Shown: positions 27,385-38,954 of the stretch, one piece after another
How positions within the stretch are numbered: position 1 is the first letter of the stretch
Layout: every line of letters begins with the position of its first letter
Source of the DNA: Atractiella rhizophila
Taxonomy: Eukaryota
DNA: 64,000 nucleotides
Direction of reading: 5' to 3'
NCBI GenBank assembly: GCA_021432655.1
Contig: MU271206.1
Span: 1 to 64,000 of the forward strand
The notes under the pieces: model-generated
Told to the model about the DNA's origin: nothing
Databases searched by the model: none
Seen by the model: only the letters and a program-made list of their open reading frames with translations
Made by a program: the position numbers and the translations under genes

Positions 27385-28066
27385 GGTGCCATCAAACTCG
27401 TCAGCCTAATCGTCCCAGTGTGAAAGTGGACAAATCATGAATAGCAATATAGAGTTGGGTTCATTGCAGGCTGGAAAAAAGTTGAGAGCAACAGCAGGGA
27501 GAGTTTTGATGACAGCGTTAAAAATGTAACAAAAATTCACTGACAAAAGAAAACGGTAACTTGATGACAAGACGTTGTGGAGAAAGAAAGAGACGACACG
27601 AACACATCATAATCGAAAGACTCACGCGTTTTTCTCCCGTCGCATGTGTATCCTCCATCATTATTGTTCGTATTATCCAATACCTGTGTCTCTACCCTTC
27701 GCGTCCAATTATCTGTCAAATTATAGATAAATTATGCCCAACAAATGTCCTCCAAAGTGAAATTATATAATTGACAGCCTCTGCCCGTGACACTGTTCGT
27801 CCCGCTTCGAAGTCTGACGGTGTGCTTTTCAAGGCGCGTATTGGCTTTTAGACGAAGCCAATGAGCCAACCGAAAGCAAAAGGAAGGGGAGAGCGAGCTT
27901 ATTTACTTTTTGGCAAGCGCGGAGGAAGATGGAGGTTGTGGGCCGGTCGCTTTTCCGTAGTGTTATAGTCAGGTTCTGATCTCTCTAAACCAACAACACC
28001 AACAACAACACAAACTCATTTACAGCATAATAACAGATAAACAAGTGCCAAAACTAAAGAGGAAAC

Positions 28067-28913
28067 ATGCCACCGAGCGCGCAATCCGCACAAGCCGCCG
28101 CCCTCTCCAAGCTCATGGCCGCACCCGACAAGCCAGTCGTGATCCCGCCTCCACCGACAGCGCCAACGCTGCGTCCGCCGCGGGAGATGATGCGGAATGT
28201 ACAGGGGAGTTCGGCGGGCGCTGGGAGCGGAGAGTTCCATGTGTACAAGCAGGCGAGGAGGAGGGAGTATGAGCGGATCAGGGGGTTGGAGGCGGAGTCG
28301 GAGAAGGTGTGTTCTCCTTTTCCTCTTTCTCTTTCTCTTTCTATTGATGGTTGTGGGATGTATGGATATCTCTTCTGCTTTTCATTGCATTATTCATTGA
28401 ATGAAGGTGCATTACATATCTCGTATTTCAGACCCGAATCTGGCTTCTCTGACGCCCTCTTTTGTGTGCTTGTTTGGTCAGGAACGAATCGAGCGGGAAT
28501 TCGAGGAAAAGAAGCGGAAACGAGAGGAAGAGGAGGAGGAAAAAACGGCAAAGAACAGGGCCAAACGACTGAAGAAGAAAGAGAAAGCGCGGTCCAAGGG
28601 CTCCACCTCCTCCAACTCTCACTCCAACCCTAACTCCAATTCTCAATCACATATGAAGCCCAATCCCACGAGTGCGAGCATTTCTAAGAAGCCGGAGGGC
28701 CAGGTTAGGTTTCGGACGCGTGGCGAGAGGGAGGAGGAAGAGGATGAAGAAGGAGGAGGTGGTGGAGGGGTGGATGAGGAGGAAGAGGGTGGAGAACAGC
28801 GGAGGGAGAGGGAGCGGGTGATTCATGTGGTGGATGAAGTCAGGGTCGTGACTGGAGGAGAAGAAGCTAAACCGGTGGAAGAGAGGGGATTAAGTATTAA
28901 AGACGATGATTAG
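28067..28913 (+). CDS. PRKRIP1: PRKR-interacting protein 1 (DUF1168) spliceosome-associated protein
   Basis: NVQGSSAGAGSGEFHVYKQARRREYER. Intron 28307-28481. Exon 2 contains KTAKNRAKRLKKK. Confidence 0.92.
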
Positions 28914-29495
28914 GTGTTGTAGCGTTAGTGAGTCCTGTCCTATGTGATTGTTGTGTCGAGGCAAGGTGTGGCGAAAGAATGAGGTGGTTAGATAATGGCT
29001 TATAAGATTTATGCTATTTGTTGCTTCGCAAGAGAAGTTGCGTTCCTTTCACCACATCAGCTTTTCCCACCAAATATCTCATGCAGGCATGTAGTTTGGG
29101 ATTTATCCTCGATGCGGGATCACCTGTGGTACCTCGGCTATTTGTGGTGAATTTGCTAATACTGAATGCCTTGGGGATAAGAAAATACACCCATATAACA
29201 GCAATGTTGCCTGTTATTTAATTGATCCCTTTGTTCAAACATTAACGAAGAGGAATATTCAATAGTAATCTTCGTTGAATATTGAACGATGACTTATTCA
29301 TACAAGGCGCTCATTCTTGAGTTTGAGACGGTGACTGATAGAGGTCTACTCGCCCGCATGCCTTGAATAGGCAGCTAGGCAGTATGGGCACAACAATACC
29401 TTACCTTACCTTATAATCTCAATTCTAATGTAGGGGGAGTTATATGGATACTTGCCCCGCTATCCAGGTTAGACATGACATAATTCACGCCCAGT

Positions 29496-30472
29496 TTAAG
29501 GAATGGCCAATTGCAACAGCTCCACAGCTCCTTCGAGTTCCGTAACTTTTGTCATCAGTCTATCCTTGAGATAGGACACAAAGGATGCGTCTCTATCTTC
29601 GCAATGCCCAGCAGCCACGCTAGCCCTGATATCCTCAAATCTCTCCCTAATCCCAGGCTGCATATCGAGCAAAGGTCTCTGTTCTACGCCTGCTAACTGT
29701 GTTTCAGAACATAAGACGTCGATGCTGCATTGAATAGAGGAGAACAAAAAAGAAGTAGACGAACCATAGTAGCCTCTTGAAAGATCGGTCGTCTCGTCAA
29801 CGTAACCCAATCAGCATCCCGAATTTTCTCTTTCAAATCAATAAGGCGGGCAATCGCATCCCTCTCCCGCCTTCTCAAACTCCCAACCTTCCTGATCAAT
29901 CTTCGAAGCTCGGTTAATGCCCCTTCGCCTCCTCCTCCCCTGACTCTCCAACGCGGACTATCCAAGTCGCGTAACGCTGAGCGGTAAAAGTCGTTTCGAG
30001 TCTCGAGCTCGTCGAACACCCTCGCGGTGTCCTGAGCTAGCGCCGCTTGTCGGACTTCCCTCGCCTCCCGGGCAGCCTGTCCCGCTTGTCGATCAACTTC
30101 GTCTCGAACCAGCCGAGCTTGTGTCGTAGGGTCGTGCAGAGGTGGTGCTGTGGAATATGGATGGAAGTGGCAAGGATAAGCTGTGCAAGTAGGAGCATAA
30201 CTTGATGCTGGATAGGGATGGGGATTGTAGGTCAGAGCGATGGTGTGGTTGTGGTTGATGGTCCCAGAGTGGTGGACGGTGTGAGTGTTCTCGTATCGTG
30301 GTTCGTGGGAAGGTACATCGCCCGAGAAAGCTGGAAACTGTTGATGCCAGCTTGGATGGTAGTGCGGGAGCTGATACTGCTGCCCGTAATTCTGCTGATA
30401 TGGGTCGTGGAATGCCCAACCAGTTCTGCCATAGGGGTGGCCATTCCCACCTAGAAAAGGACGTCTTGCCAT
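29496..30472 (-). CDS. Orphan protein, Pro/His/Tyr/Gln-rich N-terminus and helical C-terminus; one intron
   Basis: ORF 29693-30478 (ATG 30472) spliced at ATG|GTTCGT..CAG into ORF 29496-29810. Confidence 0.65.
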
Positions 30473-30912
30473 CGCCACATTTAATGAAAGGCTGGTTGGG
30501 GCAGCTGCTTTATGCTTGAATCAACTCTATCAAACCGTTCATCATTTTGATATCTCATTGGGCACATTTTGCTTTTCTGCCTTTTTCTGCACGATGGAGT
30601 TGTCAAGCTAGCCCTTTCAACACTACCATCTTTGTTGAAAGTCACACTGACGCAAACACGCAGAAAGGTGCATGTGCTCGTTGGCTGCCAGTTGAGATCC
30701 CTTTGTCTTCGAAACAAAGTTCGTCGCCCATACCGTTTTTGATCCGTCTCCATCGAACATCCGAATGCAGCGAGGATGCGGTAGGCGGCGCATTCCTTTT
30801 CCCATTGGGCAAATTCGGAGGAGATGATATATCACATATATCAGGATGGACCAGACGAGACCCAAGTTCCTTCCCGTTTTCCGCCTCACCTCGTCCTTGC
30901 GCTTTCGGCGCA

Positions 30913-31947
30913 ATGTCGTCCTACTCTCCTAAGGAACGAAAGAGATGGCAAACAGAACAATTCGACGCGCTCCGAAACAAGCTTTGGGGAGACTTTCAGA
31001 AGTATTCCCTCTCCGACGACTACTTCGGACTCCAGGACTCCATCGACGACGACGACGATTACGATCACTACCTCGGACCGCGAAGCAATACCTACATCGA
31101 TACCCGTAGTCGATACTACCCTCAGAATCGCGAAGACATCGAAGAATTGAGACGTCTCCGTGCTCTTCGAGTGGGCGAGGATCTTTTGCGCCAGGAGGAG
31201 CGTAACCGTCTTCGTCGATGGGATTCGATCAATCGCGTGCGGATGACCCTCAACAAGAAGCCCATCTTCCCCGTCTCCTGGGATCCTAAGGCAATGGGCT
31301 ACTCTGGAGACAAAAGTCAGGTGGTGGCTCGATGGCTGGAGGCGTCAAGGCTGTGTGATCAGATTTTGAAAGCAATGGCGAAGGAGAGCAAATTGGCTCT
31401 GGAGGTGGAAGGGCATGTCACCAAGTTGCTGAAATTGGTGAAGAGAGGAGTTGGAACCGAGTTTGGGACGGCAGCAGAACGTGTTAGTGCTGATTTCTTC
31501 TTTTCTTTTGAAATACCTAACGTTAGAGGATGAACATAGGCTCTGCTCGATGACGCAGTCTGGAAGAGATCCATTATGTATGGGTCAGAGGAGTTCAAAC
31601 GACTTCTATCGATCCAATCGCGCCTCCAAGTCGACCCACTCCTACGTCCACGAGAAGTTGAAGGTAGAGAAACAGCAATAAACTTTCTTCGGAATTTGAA
31701 GAATCGTGTTGAAGGAAAAATTACCAAGCAGGAAGGATTCTTGAAGGATGTCAAACGTCGACTTCGCGCCGCTGGTGGATGGGAACACGAATGGCCTCCG
31801 AGAGATGTCCTTCATGACGCTTTCATGATCAGATCTGGAGAACTCGTTGATCCTCGTACAGGAGCTGCAGTCACACTGGCTGGAGTTGCAGCTGCACATC
31901 CTCCAGGAGCTGCACCAGCGCGTCCCCGGTTTTTTCGACAATGGTGA
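30913..31947 (+). CDS. Orphan protein, Asp/Tyr-rich N-terminus and helical C-terminus; one intron
   Basis: MSSYSPKERKRW (ATG 30913), intron CGT|GTTAGT..CTAAC..TAG, joined to the ORF ending at 31947. Confidence 0.65.
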
Positions 31948-32287
31948 CTGGTGATCGGCTGGCGCGTAGACAAACGTGGATGAGGGCTATAATCATTTAA
32001 TAACTTTGAGTCTGTGTCTCCACTGTAGCTTAAGTTTGTCAAAGATCGAACGAAGTATTATGAAGGAGCCTGTCCTCTCACTCAACGCACAATCAATCTC
32101 TTAGCAAATCTTCACAGGGACTCCTAGCCGTACTAGGTAGATGCGAATTATATATTATTGGCAGTATTCCTGAAACTCTGGCAATTGCATTTGGTACAAG
32201 AATACTGATCTTTTGAAAGTGAAAGAGAGTCACGCGTTTCTGTCAGCATTGATATAGCCAACTCAACAACGATCGAAATCTCGCGCG

Positions 32288-35200
32288 ATGACACTCCCAT
32301 CCCCCCTCCATCCGCTAGCATACAGCATCTACTCCACCTCGCCCTTCTCCTCCAAATACCCGCCAGAGAACATACTCGACAACCTACCTCTCGACCAGAC
32401 CTCGCGATGGAGCGCAGCGTCCAGCACCATGGGAAATGGAACCGGTTACTCTGCAGGAGCTGGCGAAGGGCCAGGCATGGAAAATAGAGCAGAGAAGTGG
32501 ATTGTGATCAAGTTGGAGAAGAGAGCAGTGGCTGTCAAAGGCGGCTGGGGAAAGTTTTACAAAGGTTCGTCTTTTCTCTGTCTCTGTCACAGGAAGAGAG
32601 TGGAGTCTCTTTGTTCGAAACTTTGGTGTCTTCAAGTCTGGTCGATTCTTACAGCTCTGTTGTCACATTTTGGGCTTGGAGCATCGCAGCTGTTCTCTTG
32701 GTGCATTCTAGAACTTATCGACCGGGAAGCACCACTGCAGTCTGGGGCAATTCTGAGGGACTACGATAGTTAAAGATGTGGCGCCCCTCTGGCTCTGTGA
32801 CTGCAGCAGTCTCCCGCGTTCTTGTACTGCTGGAGCTGCATTCAGGGTCAAATACATATGTCGTCGTCAACGCCTCCAACCAAGTCAGCCATAATGCATG
32901 ATGTCTTAGGGATGTGAAGCTTACACGTCTGCCTAATGAAGGCGATAGTAGCTTTCTGCATTTCATTCTCCTATTGATGAGTATAAGTTGAAAGTCTGTC
33001 GAGCATGACTGACTTGAGAGAGATGGATGGAGTTGTACCCTGTTGCTCACTGGAAATGAAAGGACGCAATTCCATCAGTGTAGGCATCGCAATAGTCTTG
33101 CCGCTGATTTGTTCACTACAAATAGCAACATAGAGATTTGCTCACTCAGCCTGTTACTGTAATGTAGGAGATTATTCAGTTGTGAGCATGTATGTTGGTA
33201 ACTTATAGAAATGTTTTTGAAACTGTCATCCTTGCTTAAATGACGAGACAGAGGGCAATTGTTAATATTTTGTGTTGTTCATCTCACACGGCAGAGCTCT
33301 ATCTGTGGGAAATTGCGCCGAAATTGGCCCCAGAACATTTTATGCCATAGAAACAGAGATTTAACTCACTTTGACTGATTGCAACAAAAGCGTGAATTGA
33401 CCTAAACTACTTGCATAACAGCGCATCCGTGCAATGTCCGAACCTTTCGGCTATGGGGATCCTTAGATGATCCCCCTTCAACGAGTTTAGAAGGCGCACC
33501 GCATAGTAGGCGGCATCCACCACCCCTTCCTCGAAACAAATCTTCGCGCTCCACGCCAACCGACACGACATCTGCCTTTCAGCCATCCTCAGCAACAAAT
33601 GAACGACTACTCAACCTTCGAAGAGAGCCGCACAAGTGGATTCTCCTCCATGAAGGCAACTTACGGAATGATGAGCGTTATGAGGAGTTTGAGATTCGTT
33701 GGCGAGATGAGGGAGGAAGAATGTGCCCTGTGCAGTACGTCAAGATTGAACCGTTGGTTCCTTTCTGCCATCAGTACAACATGAGCATATGGTTCTTTCA
33801 GCTTCTAGGGCTGAAGGATGACGCTGCGGCAGAGCGCGCTGTTCGTGATTGGGAGGATGTGTGTTTCTCTCTCTTACCAGAAACGATATTGAAGCTGATT
33901 GAGGTTCGTGGGATGACAGCATGTCACAACGACGAGTTTGCATCTTGCACTCAAATTTCTTCGACATCATACTCCACATCTCCACTCCCTCCAAACGACC
34001 CTCTCATCTCTAATCACTACGCTTCCACCGTTCCCATCACGGCTGGATCACCCATTCCTTTCGAAACTTTGGGAGGCTTTCGTCGTCCGTGGAGATTTTA
34101 CGGCTGCTGAAACAATGCTGGAACAGGCGTGCGAAGAGCATCACTTTTTCAATTGGCTTTCCGAAGAGCAAGGAATTGGCGTACCGACTGCGTTTTGGAG
34201 GCGACTTCACACGCCGGACGTGGATGGGGATGTCCCGTGTCGTAGAGGAGGGCACGGAATGGTGTATGTTCCTCCCCTTCCCAAGAATGAACGCGACGGA
34301 GGCAAGATCGTCTTGTTCGGTGGTTGGACTGGAACAGAAAGTCTATGTGATCTTTGGGAGTGGAAAGATAGATGGGAGTGTGTCACTCGCGATACACGTA
34401 CTATGAAAGGAGGAGGTCCTGGACCAAGGAGTATACATCGAATGGTCGTCGATTCTTCGGAAGGAGCGGTATATGTGCTAGGGAGATACTTAGAAGAAGG
34501 AGACTTGGATGGTGTATCCGACATGTGGAGGTATTGGGTGTGGGAACGCCGTTGGGAACAACTTAGTTGGGACACGGAGGAGGATGGTGGACCTCCTTTG
34601 CTTCAAGAACATCAAATGGTATTTGATGAGGAGACCAAAAGTCTCTACGTGTTCGGAGGGAAGCTTCAGAATGCTCTTTCTGGGGAATCGAAGGACGTTG
34701 AAGGCTACAGTGGAATGTACAAGTATGATGTTGAGCGTGGTAAGTGGACATGTATCTTGTGTGTTAATCCTTCTTCGCCGATGGACATTGCTGAAGTCGC
34801 GTGTTCTGAATAGTAAAGATGCAGAGTCGTCGAGGCAACCTTCAGGACGCATCGGCCATTCCATGCTTCTTGACCCTGTGCAGCGATTAATCTACATCTT
34901 TTCGGGTCAGACAGGAACAAAATTTAGGCGTGATACTTGGGTGTGCGTATTCAACGTACGCCTTAACGTTATAATTTGCTTACTTGATGAATGAAGGTAT
35001 GCCATGCCCCCGGTCAGTGCTCATTCGTCAGCCGAAGAAGATAAGCCTTCTTCACGTCTCTCCCGCCTTGACCCCACGCACGATCCTTTCGCTGGAGGTC
35101 ACGGAAATGTTTACGGTTCCATAGGCAGAGCAACTATTGATCGTTAGTGTTTTGGTGTGATAGTCCCTTTCCACTTGCCTAACGGGTTCGTTCCATGTGG

Positions 35201-36114
35201 TAGATGACACAGGAGAATGGACGCTGATGAGTGGGATCGAGCCTCAAATTGATCCCCCTTTCTATGATGCCCCTTCCAATAAACTCTGGGTTCGACTTAA
35301 AACGTCTTCGCGTACAGATACCAACGGAAAATGGATTCAAGTCGGTCAGGGAGTCACGAGCGACGGACAACCTCCTCCTCGATTTGCTCATCAAGTATGT
35401 CAGCTCTATCCACTTAGTTGCTGATAAATAGAAGAATCGATAGTTGGTGTATGACCAAGCCTCGAAGGTTCATTACTTATTCGGGGGCAATCCAGTGGAT
35501 GATGAACATGTCGAGAAGCGTCTAGGTGACTTTTGGGCCCTTGTGCTGGTACGGCAGACACCCCAAGAGATTTTAAGGAAAGTCAAATTTCACTTACGGA
35601 AACAACGGTCTGTCTCCTTCAAAGGTTGTGAGTTGTATCAAGCTAAATCTTGTAAAGGTTCATGGAAATGTGTGCCTCAGAAGGGGCATCCATTGACGCC
35701 CTATCGTATCTACAAGAATCCCTCGGTTCCTTAGTCAATCATCAACATGAAGGAGAGACGGAGGCGTTCCGCTCACTCATGGCGTTGTTACTGGAATCAT
35801 CGCCGACAGAAACAACAACGCCAGAACATCATGGTCATAGTAGAGCATCCTCAGAGGGCACTGACGACGATGAATCGATGGCAGGTTCACACCACACGTC
35901 AACATCATCAAAACTTGCCTCTTCATCCATGCTTGTCTCTCCCACCATTGGCGGACTGGGAGGCGGCGCATCCGTTCCCGATCCAACAATTTGGAAGCAA
36001 CGAACCAATACGTACGAGACGCTCATGGAATTTTTTCCCGAAGGCATGAAAGAACCGAAGCAGAGCTTACAAGATTTTGTTACCTGGAAAGGCTTACCCC
36101 CACTTGCTACATGA
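32288..36114 (+). CDS. MKLN1: Muskelin (discoidin-like domain, LisH/CTLH, kelch repeats), CTLH/GID E3 ligase subunit
   Basis: YPPENILDNLPLDQTSRWS, GKFYK|AHPCNVRTFRLWG across the 857-nt intron, LHEGNLRND, YVKIEPL, kelch motifs RGGHGM, LFGGW, PRSIHRM, PRFAHQ, LFGGNP, and FHLRKQRFMEMC. Confidence 0.9.
32576..33253 (+). ncRNA. Candidate large structured intronic RNA within muskelin intron 1
   Basis: Several mutually nested complementary segments found by eye (see findings). The intron is ~15x longer than typical for the window. No family assigned. Confidence 0.5.
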
Positions 36115-36192
36115 TACTCCCAATTTGAAAGAGCCATTTGCATTCCAATCAGCGGTAATAAGCATATTTATCCATCATGTTGTCTCCCATCA

Positions 36193-38954
36193 TTACACCG
36201 TGTACAACTGCAATTGTCACTTTTTAGCGCTTCGTGAATGATGCAGGAAGAAGGAACGCACAACATCCAGATATCTGGTGCAAATTTCTTCAAGAACCAC
36301 TGGTCCAACAGCTGTTGTCGATCCCATTCCTTCGCAGGCAATGAGAAAGACAACATGAGTGCAAGTAGATTCCACATACCATAGAGCGTTGTCATCGTCC
36401 CCTTACTGATTGGCGAAGCTTTCACTTCATCGATACAGTCGCGAAGGTCTTGTAAAAACTCGTCCACGACTGGCACAGTTAATCGTGTCTGAAAGCGTCA
36501 TGAGAAGGAGAAAATTTAAAATAATGATGAGCGACTGACGCAAGCGATGTGCACGGCTGGGGGATTCTGCAGGCCGGAAACTACTCTAAATTAACCATGG
36601 TTCTCATACGCTCAAGCAAGGTGCTCACGATGCCTGCAATCTAAATCAACAAAGAATTGTGAAAGAGAGAAAGTAAACTTACCAGCCCTTCTTTGCCATC
36701 GCATCACCCACTTGGTGAATGCTGACTGTGTCGCTGCCAAATGCAACCACGGACACCAGAGGCTTTCCCAATACATAGAGCTCTGGGATCGTCTCCCTGA
36801 TTCCCTTCTCGATAGCTTTGGCAGCCCCGACAATGTTCTTGCACGATTCGAGATAGCCTGACTGGCCCATATATACCATCGCAGCCCATGCACCTGCAAT
36901 AATATTTCCCGGCCTGAAAAATCCACAAGTTGTCAGTAAAGGAAACATGGCGAAGGAAATGAACAAACCGTGAACCTGCGATTGAAGGACTAGCATAGAC
37001 ACCGCCGGGCCAGGTCGTGGTCGCGAAGTATTGAAAGTGGCGCCAGAACAGATCCCGGTCTAGCTCATAAACTCAGCAAATGTTTGCGAGTTGTGCGGAC
37101 ACGGACAGAGAATGACGGAGCTACCCTTTGGTGCAAATCCATCTAAGAGCCTGAATGAGGATGTTTCTTGTCAAGACAGAAAGGATGCAGCATTACACCT
37201 TGTGATTGCAAATTAGAACGAGGGGGTTTTATTGGGAAAAGGAACTTACTTGTGTGTGTCGCAAGAGATGGATGTAACACCCTCTATCCGAAAGTCAAAA
37301 GGCTCACTCGGATATCCAGCGCGTTCCAAGAATGGGACCTTGACACCCGTCAGGCAAGATTGCTGCAGCCAGAAAAGGGGAGCGTACGAGGAAGCTTCCT
37401 AAGCAGCAATCGACATGTAACGGGAGACCGTATTTTGTCGCGAGAAGGGAGAGGGCAGGGATATCGTCAATTATTCCATCACCGTAATTTGGAGCAGATC
37501 CAACCAGCTGTGCATTTCTCCATCAGCGATGTAAATAAATAGACGAAGACGAGGGAAGACTCACCATAACAGTATTCTTGTTGATGGCCCGTTTCACCTT
37601 TCTTAGGTCGACCTTTCTTGTGATCTTATCGGCGGGGATGAGAACACATTTGATACCAAAATACTTTCCAGCCTGAAAACCCAGTCAGCGCGTGCCGCAA
37701 AGAAAATTATGCACAAAAGTACGCGCCTTGAGGAAAGCAGCGTGTGCGCTCTCGGGCAATACCATTTCGGGTTCAGTGATTCCCTTCACCTTCTTTCCCC
37801 ACTCTCGGTACGCTTTACAGGCCATCAAAATCGACTCTGTTCCACCAGACGTGGTCGTCCCAGCCCCATTCGGAGGAGCATTGAATAGGGACAGCACCAT
37901 AGAGACAACTGCACAATCACTCAGATCAAGAAGGATTGGCAAGGAGAAAAGGACTTTTACCTTCAGCCTCCATTTTCCGAATGCCTGCCTTCAGGTGAGA
38001 ACCTCTCGCGGAAAACCAAGTGACAGGGACGAACCAGGAAAGAGATTTGGATGCAAGGGATTTGAAACGTTAAACTTCTTGAAAGAATCAAGAATGAGAT
38101 TCGACATGTCCTCTCCACCATGATACACCGCTCCTGATGCCTTTCCATCAAGATAGGATCTTCCTGAACAAAAGATTAGTACATTCCTTAGCTAGCACAA
38201 AGGACATAATGAACTTACCAGCCAACACAACCAGCTTATCGAGTTGCTCATCAATCCATTGATTGCTCTTGCCTTCCTCGGGGAGCGACGGTACGCGCGC
38301 AATACCCTTTTCTTCAAAAGGAATGGACTTCGAGCCGACTTGACGCTCCAGGTCCTCTTGTGCTTTGGCGAGTTGAGAATGAACGGAACGACGAAACTTA
38401 GGGACTCGCAGGGCGATGTTGAATATGAACTGTGGCAATACGCAGACGGATCAGTATCTTTGTCTATGTCTATGGGACATCGTTTGTCTATAGTTATATC
38501 GCCTCAGATTAGATCAAGTTTCCACTCCATGGTGGACTCCATCACCGATTAGACTCACGCTGGCGGATGTCGGCTCTTTGCAGAACCTGAAACCAACCAA
38601 CGATGAATCGAAGAGCACGAGTAGTAGGTGTGCTATCTCTCTGGATGGCGTTTTCGTCATCGGCAACATGTCGACCCAAGCAGTCAAAGGAGGATTTGTC
38701 TTCGACAACGGTTAATGAAGGAATCATCTGCAGATTTGGCGTTTGGAGTCGCATGCGAGCTATGTTATACAATCTGGTAACGCAAGAGCTCCCTTGCCCT
38801 CTGAACAAGACATTGTCCTTTCTAGGGATGTACCATGATGTCATGGCGGCATATTACTGAAGCGGAATGAAATGGATATGAATGTCTGGGACAAGCACGC
38901 TACAAAGAGCTCACACTCGAAACTTTGAGCTAGCGGTTTCTCCATACGATTCAT
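36193..38954 (-). CDS. DPL1: Sphingosine-1-phosphate lyase (PLP-dependent)
   Basis: [65 protein letters not shown] (requires a 2-nt exon), [23 protein letters not shown]. Confidence 0.95.

Noticed and set aside
33300..33330. GTGGGAAATTGCG resembling the fungal RNase P CR-I motif
   Set aside because: It lies near the 3' end of the intron with no room for the rest of the RNA, and no matching CR-V/P4 partner was found.
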